In this document: in pieces, positions 7,354 through 16,742 of the stretch
Layout: each line of letters begins with the position of its first letter
Numbering within the stretch: position 1 is the first letter of the stretch
Notes under the pieces: generated by a model
Seen by the model: only the letters and a program-made list of their open reading frames with translations
The model's database searches: none
Told to the model about the DNA's origin: nothing
Assembly (NCBI GenBank): GCA_963664405.1
Contig: OY761158.1
Span: 2,336,001-2,400,000 of the forward strand
Source of the DNA: Thermoanaerobaculia bacterium
GTDB lineage: Bacteria > Acidobacteriota > Thermoanaerobaculia > Multivoradales > Multivoraceae
Reading direction: 5' to 3'
DNA length: 64,000 bases
Program-made: the position numbers and the translations under genes

Positions 7354-9443
7354 GCGCAAGCGCCCACCAGAAAGTGACCCCAAGCCACCTGCGACGCGAT
7401 GCGTACCTGTATGTTCGCCAGTCGACCGTGCGCCAGGTGTTCGAGAATACGGAGAGCACGAGACGCCAGTACGCGTTGCGAGAGCGCGCGGTGGCGATGG
7501 GATGGCCCATCGAGCGAGTCATCGTGATCGACTCCGACCTGGGTAAGTCCGCAGCTTCCAGCGTCGACCGCGAGGGCTTTCAGAAGCTCGTCGGCGAGGT
7601 CGGTATGGGCCGAGCCGGGATCGTTCTCGGGCTGGAGGTTTCGCGCCTGGCACGCAATAGCACGGACTGGCATCGACTGCTGGAGATCTGCGCGCTGACC
7701 GACACGCTGATCCTTGACGAGGACGGGGTCTACAGCCCGAGTGATTTCAACGATCGCCTTCTGCTCGGGCTCAAGGGCACGATGAGCGAGGCGGAGCTTC
7801 ACGTGATGCGGGCTCGGCTGCGCGGAGGCATTCTGAATCAGGCGCGCCGAGGTGCGCTGCAAACCCCGTTACCCGTCGGCCTACTCTACGACCCGACCGG
7901 CAACGTGGTGTTAGATCCCGACGGCCAGGTCCAACGGAGCTTCGAGCACCTGTTCGAGACCTTCGAGCGTATGGGCTCGGCCTCGGCGACGGTCAAACAC
8001 TTCCGCGAGCAAGGCTTGCGGTTTCCGCGCCGGCCGCGCTTCGGCCCCCACAAGGGAGAGCTGTTGTGGGAGTCGTTGCGCCACTGGCGCGTCCTGAGGG
8101 TGCTGCACAATCCCCGCTACGCTGGCGCTTTCTGTTTCGGTCGCACTCACACGCAAAAGCGCGTCAACGGCACCATCGAGGTCAAGTCGCTTCCGCGTGA
8201 GGAGTGGACCGCGCTGTTGCTCGACGCGCACCCCGGTTACATTCCCTGGGAACAATTCGAAGAAAACCTGAGACGACTACGAGACAACGCCCAGGCCCAC
8301 GGCCGAGACCGGCGCAAGAGCCCACCGCGCGAGGGGCCAGCGCTGGTGCAGGGCTTGGTCCTCTGCGGCGTTTGTGGCCATCGGATGACGGTCCGCTATC
8401 ACACGCGCAGGGGCACTCAGTGGCCCGAGTACGTCTGCCAGCGCGAGGGCATCGACACCGCGACACCCAAGTGTCAGTCGATCCCGGGCAAGGGCATCGA
8501 TCGGGCCATCGGAGAGCTGCTTGTGGAGACGGTTACGCCTGTGACTCTGGAGGTTGCACTGAAAGTCCAGGTCGAGCTCGATGCACGGATCCACGAGGCC
8601 GATTCCCTGCGGCGCCAGCACGTACAGCGAGCTCGACAGGAGGCTGACTTGGCTCGGCGTCGCTTCATGGAGGTCGATCCGGGGAACCGCCTCGTGGTGG
8701 ATGTCCTCGAGGCCGAGTGGAACGAGAGGCTGCGCGGGCTGCACGACGCACAGGAGGAGCTCGAGCAGCGCCGCCAGCAAGATCACCAACAGCTCGGCGA
8801 CCAGCAACGAGAAGAGATCCTCGCCCTCGCCACCGACTTCCCGCGGTTGTGGAACGACCCGAAGACGCCTCAACGCGAGCGCAAGCGCATGGTGCGCTTG
8901 CTCATCGAGGACGTCACCTTGACGAAGGGCGACGAGATCGTTGTCGGTGTCCGCTTCCGAGGTGGCGCGACACGAAGTCTCAAACTGCCCATTCCGCCGA
9001 CAGCATGGGAGTTACGCCAAACCTCGAAACAGGTCGTTGCCGAGATTGATACCCTGCTTGATGACTACACCGAGGCCGAGATTGCGAGCATCCTCAACGA
9101 CAGAGGCCATCTCTCCGGAGAGGGCAAACGATTTCACGCCGGCATCGTCCGGCGACTGCGCCGTGACTACGACATCAAGAAGAGGTACGACCGACTGCGT
9201 GAGGGGGGAATGCTTACCCTCGAAGAGATGGCTGACCTACTGGGTGTCGCGACCCACACGGTGAAGACATGGCGCAACCACGGCCTGCTGCGTGCCCATG
9301 CCTACAACGACAAGAACGAGTGCCTCTACGAGCATCCCGGCGACGACCCGCCCGTCAAAATGCAGGGCCGAAAACTCTCGAAACGACGGCGCCGCCTCGA
9401 CGTCGAACCGAACCCTACGGAGGAGGTGCAGTGTGAAGCGTAG
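7350..9443 (+). CDS. Large serine recombinase (resolvase, recombinase, zinc ribbon, coiled coil, C-terminal HTHs)
   Basis: AYLYVRQST catalytic Ser motif, DSDLGKS, EVSRLARN, LHNPRYAG, CGVCG...YVC...KC zinc ribbon; 697 aa. Confidence 0.95.
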   Translation: MSASAHQKVTPSHLRRDAYLYVRQSTVRQVFENTESTRRQYALRERAVAMGWPIERVIVIDSDLGKSAASSVDREGFQKLVGEVGMGRAGIVLGLEVSRLARNSTDWHRLLEICALTDTLILDEDGVYSPSDFNDRLLLGLKGTMSEAELHVMRARLRGGILNQARRGALQTPLPVGLLYDPTGNVVLDPDGQVQRSFEHLFETFERMGSASATVKHFREQGLRFPRRPRFGPHKGELLWESLRHWRVLRVLHNPRYAGAFCFGRTHTQKRVNGTIEVKSLPREEWTALLLDAHPGYIPWEQFEENLRRLRDNAQAHGRDRRKSPPREGPALVQGLVLCGVCGHRMTVRYHTRRGTQWPEYVCQREGIDTATPKCQSIPGKGIDRAIGELLVETVTPVTLEVALKVQVELDARIHEADSLRRQHVQRARQEADLARRRFMEVDPGNRLVVDVLEAEWNERLRGLHDAQEELEQRRQQDHQQLGDQQREEILALATDFPRLWNDPKTPQRERKRMVRLLIEDVTLTKGDEIVVGVRFRGGATRSLKLPIPPTAWELRQTSKQVVAEIDTLLDDYTEAEIASILNDRGHLSGEGKRFHAGIVRRLRRDYDIKKRYDRLREGGMLTLEEMADLLGVATHTVKTWRNHGLLRAHAYNDKNECLYEHPGDDPPVKMQGRKLSKRRRRLDVEPNPTEEVQCEA

Positions 9444-9448
9444 CCCTT

Positions 9449-10215
9449 GGTGCGAGGCCGGCCCCGGCGGGGCTCCTCAACATCCGGCGGCGGCGGATCC
9501 TGCTTCTTCGCCTCGGCCTCCAGCTCCGCCTTGGCCGCACGGATCTTCGCCAGACGCTGCTTCTTGTTCACCACCCAGTCCGGCAGCTCATCGTCGCGCT
9601 TGTCTTCGCCGAACTCCGAGTCCTCGGTTGTCGACGGCGTCGGCTCTCTCCAGCCACTCTGCGACTTGCGCCGCCAGCTCCGCCTCAGCCTTCTGCATCC
9701 GCGCGTAGCTCATCGCCTTGTGCTTCGAAGCGTTGGCGCGCACCTTCGTCCCGTCCAGAGCCACGTGACCCAAACGGACCAAACCCGCCCCTTGCGGCAC
9801 AGCTGCAGGACCTGCACGAACAGCTCCCCAAGCGCCTGCAAATGACGCTGACGGAACAAGTTGATCGTGCGAAAGTCCGGCTGCTGCAACGCCGTCACGG
9901 CCATGAAATCCACCCGCTGCTCGCAGGCCTGGGCCAGGCGACGAGACGAGTACACCCCTTGCGTGTAGCCGTACACCAGCAGCGCCGTCATCATCCTTGG
10001 GTCGTACGGAGGAAAACCACGCTCTTCCGTGTAGCTATCCAAAATACCCGACAGGTCCAGCGACTCACGCACCGTCTCCCGTACGAAATGCGCCACGTGG
10101 CCCGCAGACACCAGCTCCTGCACCGATGGCGGCAGCAACCAGATCTGATCCACATCCCACGATCGAAAGGTCTTAGCCATGCCCCAACCTAAACATACCC
10201 CTCGATGTCTTGGAC
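9449..10215 (-). mobile_element. IS1182-family transposase remnant (N-terminal half, two frameshifts)
   Basis: ATG 10180; LLPPSVQE, GFPPYDPRMM, SSRRLAQAC, PDFRTI, ALDGTKVRANASKHKAMSY and RLAKIRAAK spread over three frames. Confidence 0.88.
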
Positions 10216-10353
10216 CTGCCCCTCTTCGCTCGCCAGACGAACTGCCTGCTTCTTGAACTCTCGATCGAATCGCCGTCGCTTCGAACTCATTCGAACACCT
10301 CCTCGGCCCATTCTCAGGCCAATCTCGGTGTCCACCAGACCCGCTACGGCTCA
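10216..10353 (-). mobile_element. IS3-family left-end fragment, copy 1
   Basis: IRL TGAGCCGTAGCGGGTCTGGTGGACACC and orfA start MSSKRRRFDREFKKQAVRL; near-identical to 15000-15137. Confidence 0.8.
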
Positions 10354-10450
10354 AGGTGCCCTCCGCGAACTCACCCGTTTCTAGAAAGTGATCTCGCGCC
10401 TCGTTGATGGCGTAGGGATCGAGCTCGCCGTGCAGCTCATGGAACCGACG
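10354..10450 (-). repeat. Duplicated gene fragment, paralogous to 13723-13819
   Basis: 97-bp alignment with about 10 mismatches by eye; both copies encode RRF..LHGELDP..INEARDHFLET.EFAEGT. Confidence 0.75.
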
Positions 10451-10672
10451 TACTGAAACTGCCAAAACGCCTCTTCGAAGCCAACTAAGCGCGGTTTCTC
10501 GTAACCGGTAACACGGGGCGACGGCTCGCAGCGATGCCGAGGTAGCGGAGTTGAAGCACCGCCGAGATCTGCTGGGCAGGTACTTCAGCGAGGAGAAGTA
10601 AAGAGCGGCGACATCCCTGGTGCCATTGTACGAAGAGCTCGTCGCAGAGCTGCGGCAAGCGCTCATCCCGTC

Positions 10673-12916
10673 TCACCACAACGAGAGGTCCGCTACGGCC
10701 TCCGGATTCAAGTAAGCCAGTACCCCGAGAACCACCACCAGCAGCACGGCGATCAGGGCAAGAATCCGCCCCCGCCTGGACCGTGCCACTTCGATTTCGG
10801 CGAGAAAACCGGCGATGAGATCGCGACGTCTCTTGACCGCGTCTTTGGGCAACTCCAGCCTGTGGGTGAAGAGTCGGCCCAAACGTCGCGTCAGCTTCAT
10901 GCGGAAGTTCACCGCCCAACCCGCCGCTTCCAGCAGGGCGCTCATGTCGCGCGATCGCAGTTTCAGGTAGCCCAGAAGTCCGCTCGAGAGCATGACGATG
11001 CTTACCAGGGCCAGAACCACCGCCCCCAGGTGCAAAGGATTCACTTCCGAGAGGGTCTTGACAATGAACGCCAACGAGGAGCCCACTGCGGCGAAAGCAA
11101 GGCCGCCACCGAGCAACAGGTCGCGAACCGAGGTTTTCTGAGCCGGGGCAGCGGCGGTGGAAGGCTCTTTTTTTCCTGCAGGTGTGGCGGCCATTTCCCC
11201 CAGGCCTGCTTCTGTGGCCTCTTCGATCGATTCAGTCTGTCTTGCGGCGATCTGCTCCACCATCTGCGCGGCCAGTCCTCCGATTCGCTGAAACGGTGCT
11301 TTCACCGCCTCCCACAGGCTGATGGGATTCTCCACGACTTCCACGACGAGCGCGTCCCATTCGCGCTCCTCGATGTCGAAGAAGACGCCTCGTTTACCGA
11401 CGGAAATACCGCCTCGCTCGCCCGCCGTTACCGCCACGACGAGCTCGAACTTCTCACGATGTGTGGAAGTTATTACCTTGGAGGTGATCTCGGCGTACAT
11501 GAGGAACATACGGCTCATCTCGGCGATCTTCCTATGCTCGGAGCGGTTCTTCACCTTCATGCTGAACGCTAGCTCGCGACCGTCGATGACCAACGTGCCT
11601 TCCTCGAAAAGGGAGCGCCGATTGGGGTCATACAGCCGGGAGAAGTTCACGAAGTTGTTCGCGAGCTCCAGGAGCCAGCGCTGCAGCAGGCAGAGCTTCT
11701 CCACCGTGGCGATTTGCTCGAGGTGATCTCTGACGGTCAGGTCACGCTCGATGAGCACCTCCGCTTCCTTCGGCAGCTCGCCTTCGAGGTAGGCGGTCAG
11801 TCTTTCTTCTCCGAGAGACTCGATCTCGTCTCTCGGCTTCGCCTCAATCCAGGCTTTGTGCGGCTCGAAAAGAGCCTTCACCATTTCCCAGTCTTTGCGG
11901 GTGAGCTTCTCCACATCCGTTCCCAGGGCTCGCTTCAGGACCTTGTCTCGGAGCTCCCAGACCCGTTCTTCATAACAAGGATTGAGGCCGCTATTCAGGT
12001 TCAATTCCCCGGCTGCGTTCGGACGACTGAGCGGAGCCGTGCTCAATCTCTTTTCGATGGCGAGGGCGTTCTCGAGGTCGAATTCCTCGAGCTCGACCAC
12101 GTTCAGCTCGAATCGGCCCGCCGCACGAGGCTCTACTCTCAACAAGTCGCATTGCCAAAAGAACTGCTCGAGCTTCGCTTCGAGAACGAAGACGATGGCG
12201 GTCGCTTCGGGAGTGACATCGCCCCACCTCGAGAGCTCCGAGCTGCGTTGCTCGCCTGCCGCCGTCTGCTTTCCCTCGACCATCCAATCCCGCATGGCTC
12301 GCGCGCGATCGAGAAAGCGCTGGAGCTGTTCCTTACCGTATCCGATCTTCCCGGAAGCGTCCTCGAGTTCCCCCGCGTATTTGACGACATCCGCGCAGAA
12401 TGCCCGGGTGCTTTCGGATTCGATATCAACCAGCGGCACGATGCCGTCTCCGTTCGGGAAGACGCGAGCGTTGCCGGCGCGAAAGGCGCGAATCTGCTCG
12501 AGGGAGATTTCCTTGCTCCCTGGCCTCTCGAGTTGTTCCAGAATCCATTTGCAAGCTTCTTGCAGCTCGCGGCCTTCCGAGTGGGTGGTGTCCAGGTCGT
12601 CGAGACGCAGAACGTCGCTCTGCTGGGTGGCACCCTCGCGGTTGCTGAAGAAGTGAAACAGGCACTGCTGCGCATCTTTCAGGTCTTGGGTGCGGATGCG
12701 TCCGGTCGCATCGGGGTCGAGACACTTCAGCACGGCGGGATCGCAGCGAAAACAGCCAACCGGCGCGCTCGTTGCCGCCCACCTCGACTCTCTCAGTTTC
12801 GCCAGAGCCGCGAGGTCCTCGGCCGTTTGCAGACGCAGCTGGAATATGCCGCCGTAGTTCTCAAATACCATAAAGTTCAAATCTGCACTTCCACAGCCTA
12901 CCTCAGCATCATCCAC
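10673..12916 (-). CDS. Conserved hypothetical membrane protein with EF-hand-like loop (alternative start ATG 12871)
   Basis: Long ORF; LDPDATGRIR and FPNGDGIV loops, GKRGVFFD, ENPISLWEA, 3 C-terminal TM helices. Confidence 0.8.
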   Translation of the reverse strand: MDDAEVGCGSADLNFMVFENYGGIFQLRLQTAEDLAALAKLRESRWAATSAPVGCFRCDPAVLKCLDPDATGRIRTQDLKDAQQCLFHFFSNREGATQQSDVLRLDDLDTTHSEGRELQEACKWILEQLERPGSKEISLEQIRAFRAGNARVFPNGDGIVPLVDIESESTRAFCADVVKYAGELEDASGKIGYGKEQLQRFLDRARAMRDWMVEGKQTAAGEQRSSELSRWGDVTPEATAIVFVLEAKLEQFFWQCDLLRVEPRAAGRFELNVVELEEFDLENALAIEKRLSTAPLSRPNAAGELNLNSGLNPCYEERVWELRDKVLKRALGTDVEKLTRKDWEMVKALFEPHKAWIEAKPRDEIESLGEERLTAYLEGELPKEAEVLIERDLTVRDHLEQIATVEKLCLLQRWLLELANNFVNFSRLYDPNRRSLFEEGTLVIDGRELAFSMKVKNRSEHRKIAEMSRMFLMYAEITSKVITSTHREKFELVVAVTAGERGGISVGKRGVFFDIEEREWDALVVEVVENPISLWEAVKAPFQRIGGLAAQMVEQIAARQTESIEEATEAGLGEMAATPAGKKEPSTAAAPAQKTSVRDLLLGGGLAFAAVGSSLAFIVKTLSEVNPLHLGAVVLALVSIVMLSSGLLGYLKLRSRDMSALLEAAGWAVNFRMKLTRRLGRLFTHRLELPKDAVKRRRDLIAGFLAEIEVARSRRGRILALIAVLLVVVLGVLAYLNPEAVADLSLW

Positions 12917-13099
12917 AGATATGCGTAGGTCAACGCGCCCGTGTAGGCACGCTGCTTGAGGTTGGCCCGCCCTCGGTGTTCTCGTAGTAGCAAACCGGCT
13001 TTCCCATGTCGGTCATCCTGGCCACCATCTTGCGCGCGTGGCCGGGGTGGACCCGGTCATCGCGTTTATTGGTCCAGAAGAAGACCCTGGGAGGCCCGC

Positions 13100-13366
13100 G
13101 CTCACGAGCCCCCTTCGGAGAACTTTGCGAGCACCTTGGCTCGCCAGTTCTGAACCAGGATCACTCGCTCCTCCTCGGCCTCTTCTGCCGCCTGGATCAT
13201 GAGGAAGCGACCGTCGGGGTGGACGGCGTAGTTCTGGAAGCGTCCGGGCAAGCGCAGGTAACACGAAGAGTGGCTCGGGACGCCGGGTGACGAGGCGCTC
13301 GCCGGAGATCTCGATCGGGAGCGTCATCATTGATCCGTCTTTCAAGTAGTAGATTGGCTCAGCCAT
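13100..13366 (-). pseudogene. C-terminal remnant of an acidobacterial TolB/PD40 beta-propeller (kinase-associated type) protein
   Basis: IYYLKDGSMM...PEPLF, then in another frame NYAVHPDGRFLMIQ...VILVQNW, a typical C-terminus for this family. Confidence 0.55.
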
Positions 13367-13486
13367 TGCTGCTTGCTCCTGTCTGCGCGTGTCTCTTTTG
13401 CTCGCGCTTCTATTATCTCACGCCGATTACCGGTTCTTGGGGTGCCAGTTGGCTCCAGAAGCGGGCGGCTGACTCGCCGGGACGCC

Positions 13487-13885
13487 TTAGGTCCAGGCCG
13501 GCTTCGAAGGGCCAAGATGGATGCGTTGAACCAAGGCCTGGTAGCCGGGCGGGTCGTCTTTCGGTAGATCGGCGGTCAGCCGATAACGCATCGCATCTTC
13601 GAGCACACGGCGCGGATCGACTTCGCTGGAGATCTGGGCTCCCGATTCTGGGACCACCGTCACGAGGTCGGTGGCGATGAGAAAGAGCAGGACCTTGTAG
13701 ACGTACTCCGCGACCGCGGGAGAGGTGCCCTCCGCGAACTCAGCCGTTTCTAGAAAGTGATCTCGCGCCTCGTTGATTTCGTGCGGATCGAGCTCACCGT
13801 GCAGCGCACGGAAGCGTCGCTCTATGCTTCGAACCCGCAGCAAAGAGGCGGAGGAGAAGGTCCTACCCAGTAGCGCCTTGGCCAC
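13487..13885 (-). pseudogene. Hypothetical protein fragment
   Basis: Shares a coding-like 97-bp block with 10354-10450; no convincing start. Confidence 0.45.
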
Positions 13886-13943
13886 CGCCCAGTTTGCGGA
13901 GAGGTTCTAGAATGGCCTCTCTGGCATTCGACACAGCAACACC

Positions 13944-14240
13944 ATGGTACGCCCCGGGCTCATCGATCGTAGAGGACTTCTTCATTGGGCCACGAGCATC
14001 AGCGCACGGGGTGAGTTCCCGAGGTTCGTGCGCAAGCTGATCCTCGAGACCGGACATGATGTGGTGCGGCTTGGCTTCCCCGCTGGGGAGGGCGTCTCAT
14101 CGGGGGGATGGGACGGTACTGTCGTGTCAGAGAGGGCAACGCCTTTCATTCCTCAGGGTATGTCGCTTTGGGAAGTCTCGGTGGACGAGCGCGTCGGATC
14201 CAAGGCAGATAGCGACTACGAGAAACGCAAGTCGACTCCC
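13944..14240 (+). pseudogene. Truncated N-terminus of a PD-(D/E)XK nuclease-like large protein
   Basis: FPRFVRKLI...FPAGEGVSSGGWDG...LWEVS...KADSDYEKR, then runs into IS3 sequence near 14235. Confidence 0.55.
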
Positions 14241-15137
14241 TCGATCCGAGTGATGCAGGAGACCTCGGCCGGGTCGACGCCGGCGAACAGCGTTCTCGAG
14301 TGCTTCAAGGGGGAGCGAACGATCCAAGCTCAATGACAGCGACCAACCCACCACGAAGCGCGAGTACAGATCCAGCAACACCGCCAGATAGAGCCATCCT
14401 TCGCGGGTTCGCAGATAGGTGATATCGCCCGCCCAAACGGTGTCGGGGGTCGCAACGAAGAAGTCTTGCGCCAACAGGTTCGGGGCAACCGGATCCGAAT
14501 GCTCCGAGTCCGTTGTCGTCTTGAACCGCCGGGCTTTCTTGCCGGCGAGCCCATCGTCGCGCATCAGCCGAGCTACACGGTGCCGACCGCAGCTCTCTCC
14601 ATCCTCGCGCAGATCGGCATGAATCCTCGACGAACCGTAGCTGCCACGGCTTCGATGGTGGAAAGCACGGATCTTGGCAAGCAGACGGCGATCCTCCCGG
14701 CTCCGGGTGCTCTCAGGGCGAGAACACCAGGCGTAGTAGCCGCTTCGCGACACGGCAAGGACCCGACACATCACGCGCACCGAGAACTCCTGGACGTGCT
14801 CATGAACGAACCGGAACTTCATCGCCGGCGCTCCGAGAAGATCGCCACCGCTTTTTTTAGAATGTCGCGCTCTTCTCTCACCCGACGAAGGTCTCGACGC
14901 AGGCGAGCCATGTCCTCGTCACGAGCGCGCCCCTCGCCCGGAAACGCACGCTCTCCTTCCTCGTCGAAGACCCTCTTCCAGCGACGAAGCAGCTCCGCTC
15001 TGCCCCTCTTCGCTCGCCAGACGAACTGCCTGAGTCTTGAACTCTCGATCGAATCGCCGTCGCTTCGAACTCATTCGAACACCTCCTCGGCCCATTCTCA
15101 GGCCAATCTCGGTGTCCACCAAACCCGCTACGGCTCA
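14232..15137 (-). mobile_element. IS3-family element, truncated (IRL, deleted orfA, partial orfB)
   Basis: IRL at 15137; orfA ends ERDILKKAVAIF with an A7G slippery site at 14851-14858; orfB VSRSGYYAW, YGSSRI, WAGDITY, LHHSDRGS, then cut. Confidence 0.9.
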
Positions 15138-15423
15138 ACCCCGGCCAGTAACAAACGTGCGACACTTCGATAACGTCGATCTGTCATTTTCGGCTCCTCA
15201 TATTCCTTGAAAGTTTGGTGACGACGTCGAGCGCTCTCATTGGCAAGGGCGCTCCGACTCTCGATCCGTCTCTACCTTCTCCCTACGCAGAGGAGGCCGA
15301 TTCAGGATGAAGCGGGATGAAGAGACTGAGAGATCGCGATCGAGGGCGGCGGCATCAAGGCGGGAGTGGTAGCGTTGGCTGGCCCATTCAACACCGCCCG
15401 AGGGGCAGACCAGGAGCGCCCAA

Positions 15424-16701
15424 ATGAGCAGCCGCCTATCAGCCATCGTCCTTTCGCTCTCGGGCGCCCTTCTCGGAATCGGGCCGCTGGTCGCCCTGGC
15501 CGAGCTTCCCCCGTGCGACGCCGACAACGGCGGAATCCAACTGCCGGAAGGCTTCTGTGCCTTGGTGGTGGCGGACGATCTGGGTGCCGCTCGTCACCTG
15601 ATCGCAGCTCCCAACGGCGATCTCTTCGTCGCGATCAGGAACCAGCGCGAGCCGGGCGCGATTGTCGCACTGCGCGACACCGACGGGGACGGCAGAGCCG
15701 ATGTCCAAGAGCGCTTCGGCGACGACGGCGGCACCAGCATCCGGCTGCACAAGGGCTATCTCTATGTCGGTCGCACATCGGCCATCGTCAGATACCCGAT
15801 GACTCCGGGCAAGCTCGTTCCAGACGGGCCGGCAGAGGTCTTGGTAACTTTACCCGTCCAGAGGGCACACGCTGCCAAAGGGTTCGCCTTTGACGGAAAG
15901 GGCAGCATGTTCGTCAACGTCGGTGCGCCATCGAACGCCTGCCAGGACCCCGATCGCAAAGAGGGCGTGCCGGGGCAGGATCCATGCCCGCTGCTCGAGA
16001 AGCACGGCGGCATCTGGCGCTACGACGAGGCCAAGCCAGGGCAGGCCCATGATCCCGCCAAGCGATTCGCCACCGGCATGCGACAGAACTTCGCCATGGA
16101 CTGGCACCCGACGCGGGGCGGGCTCTATTTGGTGCAGCACGGGCGTGACCAGCTCAATACTCTGTGGCCCGACCTCTTCACGGCGGAGCAGAACGCGGAA
16201 CTTCCAGCCGAGGAGTTTCTTCGAGTCGAAGAAGGTTCGAACTTCGGCTGGCCCTACTGCTACTACGACTGGCAGCAGGGCAAACGGATGCTGCAACCGG
16301 AGTACGGAGGCGACGGCAAGACCGTAGGACGCTGCGATCAGTATCCGCTTCCGCTGATCGGCTTCCCAGGACACTGGGCGCCAAACGATCTGCGTTTCTA
16401 CAACGGCTCGCAATTCCCCGAGAAGTACCACGGCGGAGCCTTCATCGTCTTCCATGGATCATGGAACCGAGCTCCCCTACCGCAGGGAGGCTTCAACGTG
16501 GCCTTCGTCCCGTTCAAAGACGGCCGTCCTACCAACGGCGAGTACGAAATCTTCGCCGACGGCTTTGCCGGCGGAACGATCGTCGATCGTGACAGGGCCA
16601 CCTACAGGCCCTCGGGCATCGCAGTCGGACCGGACGGGAGCCTTTACATCGCCAACGACAAGACCGGCCGGATCTGGCGCGTCGTATACCGAGGACGGTA
16701 G
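15424..16701 (+). CDS. PQQ-dependent sugar/sorbosone dehydrogenase family protein
   Basis: Signal peptide, LPEGF, DTDGDGRAD, NFGWPYCY, HWAP, FHGSWNR, GRIWRV. Confidence 0.88.
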   Translation: MSSRLSAIVLSLSGALLGIGPLVALAELPPCDADNGGIQLPEGFCALVVADDLGAARHLIAAPNGDLFVAIRNQREPGAIVALRDTDGDGRADVQERFGDDGGTSIRLHKGYLYVGRTSAIVRYPMTPGKLVPDGPAEVLVTLPVQRAHAAKGFAFDGKGSMFVNVGAPSNACQDPDRKEGVPGQDPCPLLEKHGGIWRYDEAKPGQAHDPAKRFATGMRQNFAMDWHPTRGGLYLVQHGRDQLNTLWPDLFTAEQNAELPAEEFLRVEEGSNFGWPYCYYDWQQGKRMLQPEYGGDGKTVGRCDQYPLPLIGFPGHWAPNDLRFYNGSQFPEKYHGGAFIVFHGSWNRAPLPQGGFNVAFVPFKDGRPTNGEYEIFADGFAGGTIVDRDRATYRPSGIAVGPDGSLYIANDKTGRIWRVVYRGR

Positions 16702-16742
16702 AGTCGCCGCCATCCGAAAACAAGAGAAGAGAGAGAGGCCCC

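Larger units (their letters stand above)
6094..9446 (+). mobile_element. 3.35-kb large-serine-recombinase element (DUF5372-like, HTH, small ORF, LSR)
   Basis: TT core repeated at 6092-6093 and 9447-9448. Inverted ends GGGCT-N11-TGCACC and GGTGCA-N11-AGCCC. Transposase reading frames break exactly at both ends. Confidence 0.85.

Noticed and set aside
9710-10666. 318-aa ORF as a single gene
   Set aside because: A chance read-through across a gene fragment, the IS3 end and the IS1182 start. The real transposase start is 10180.
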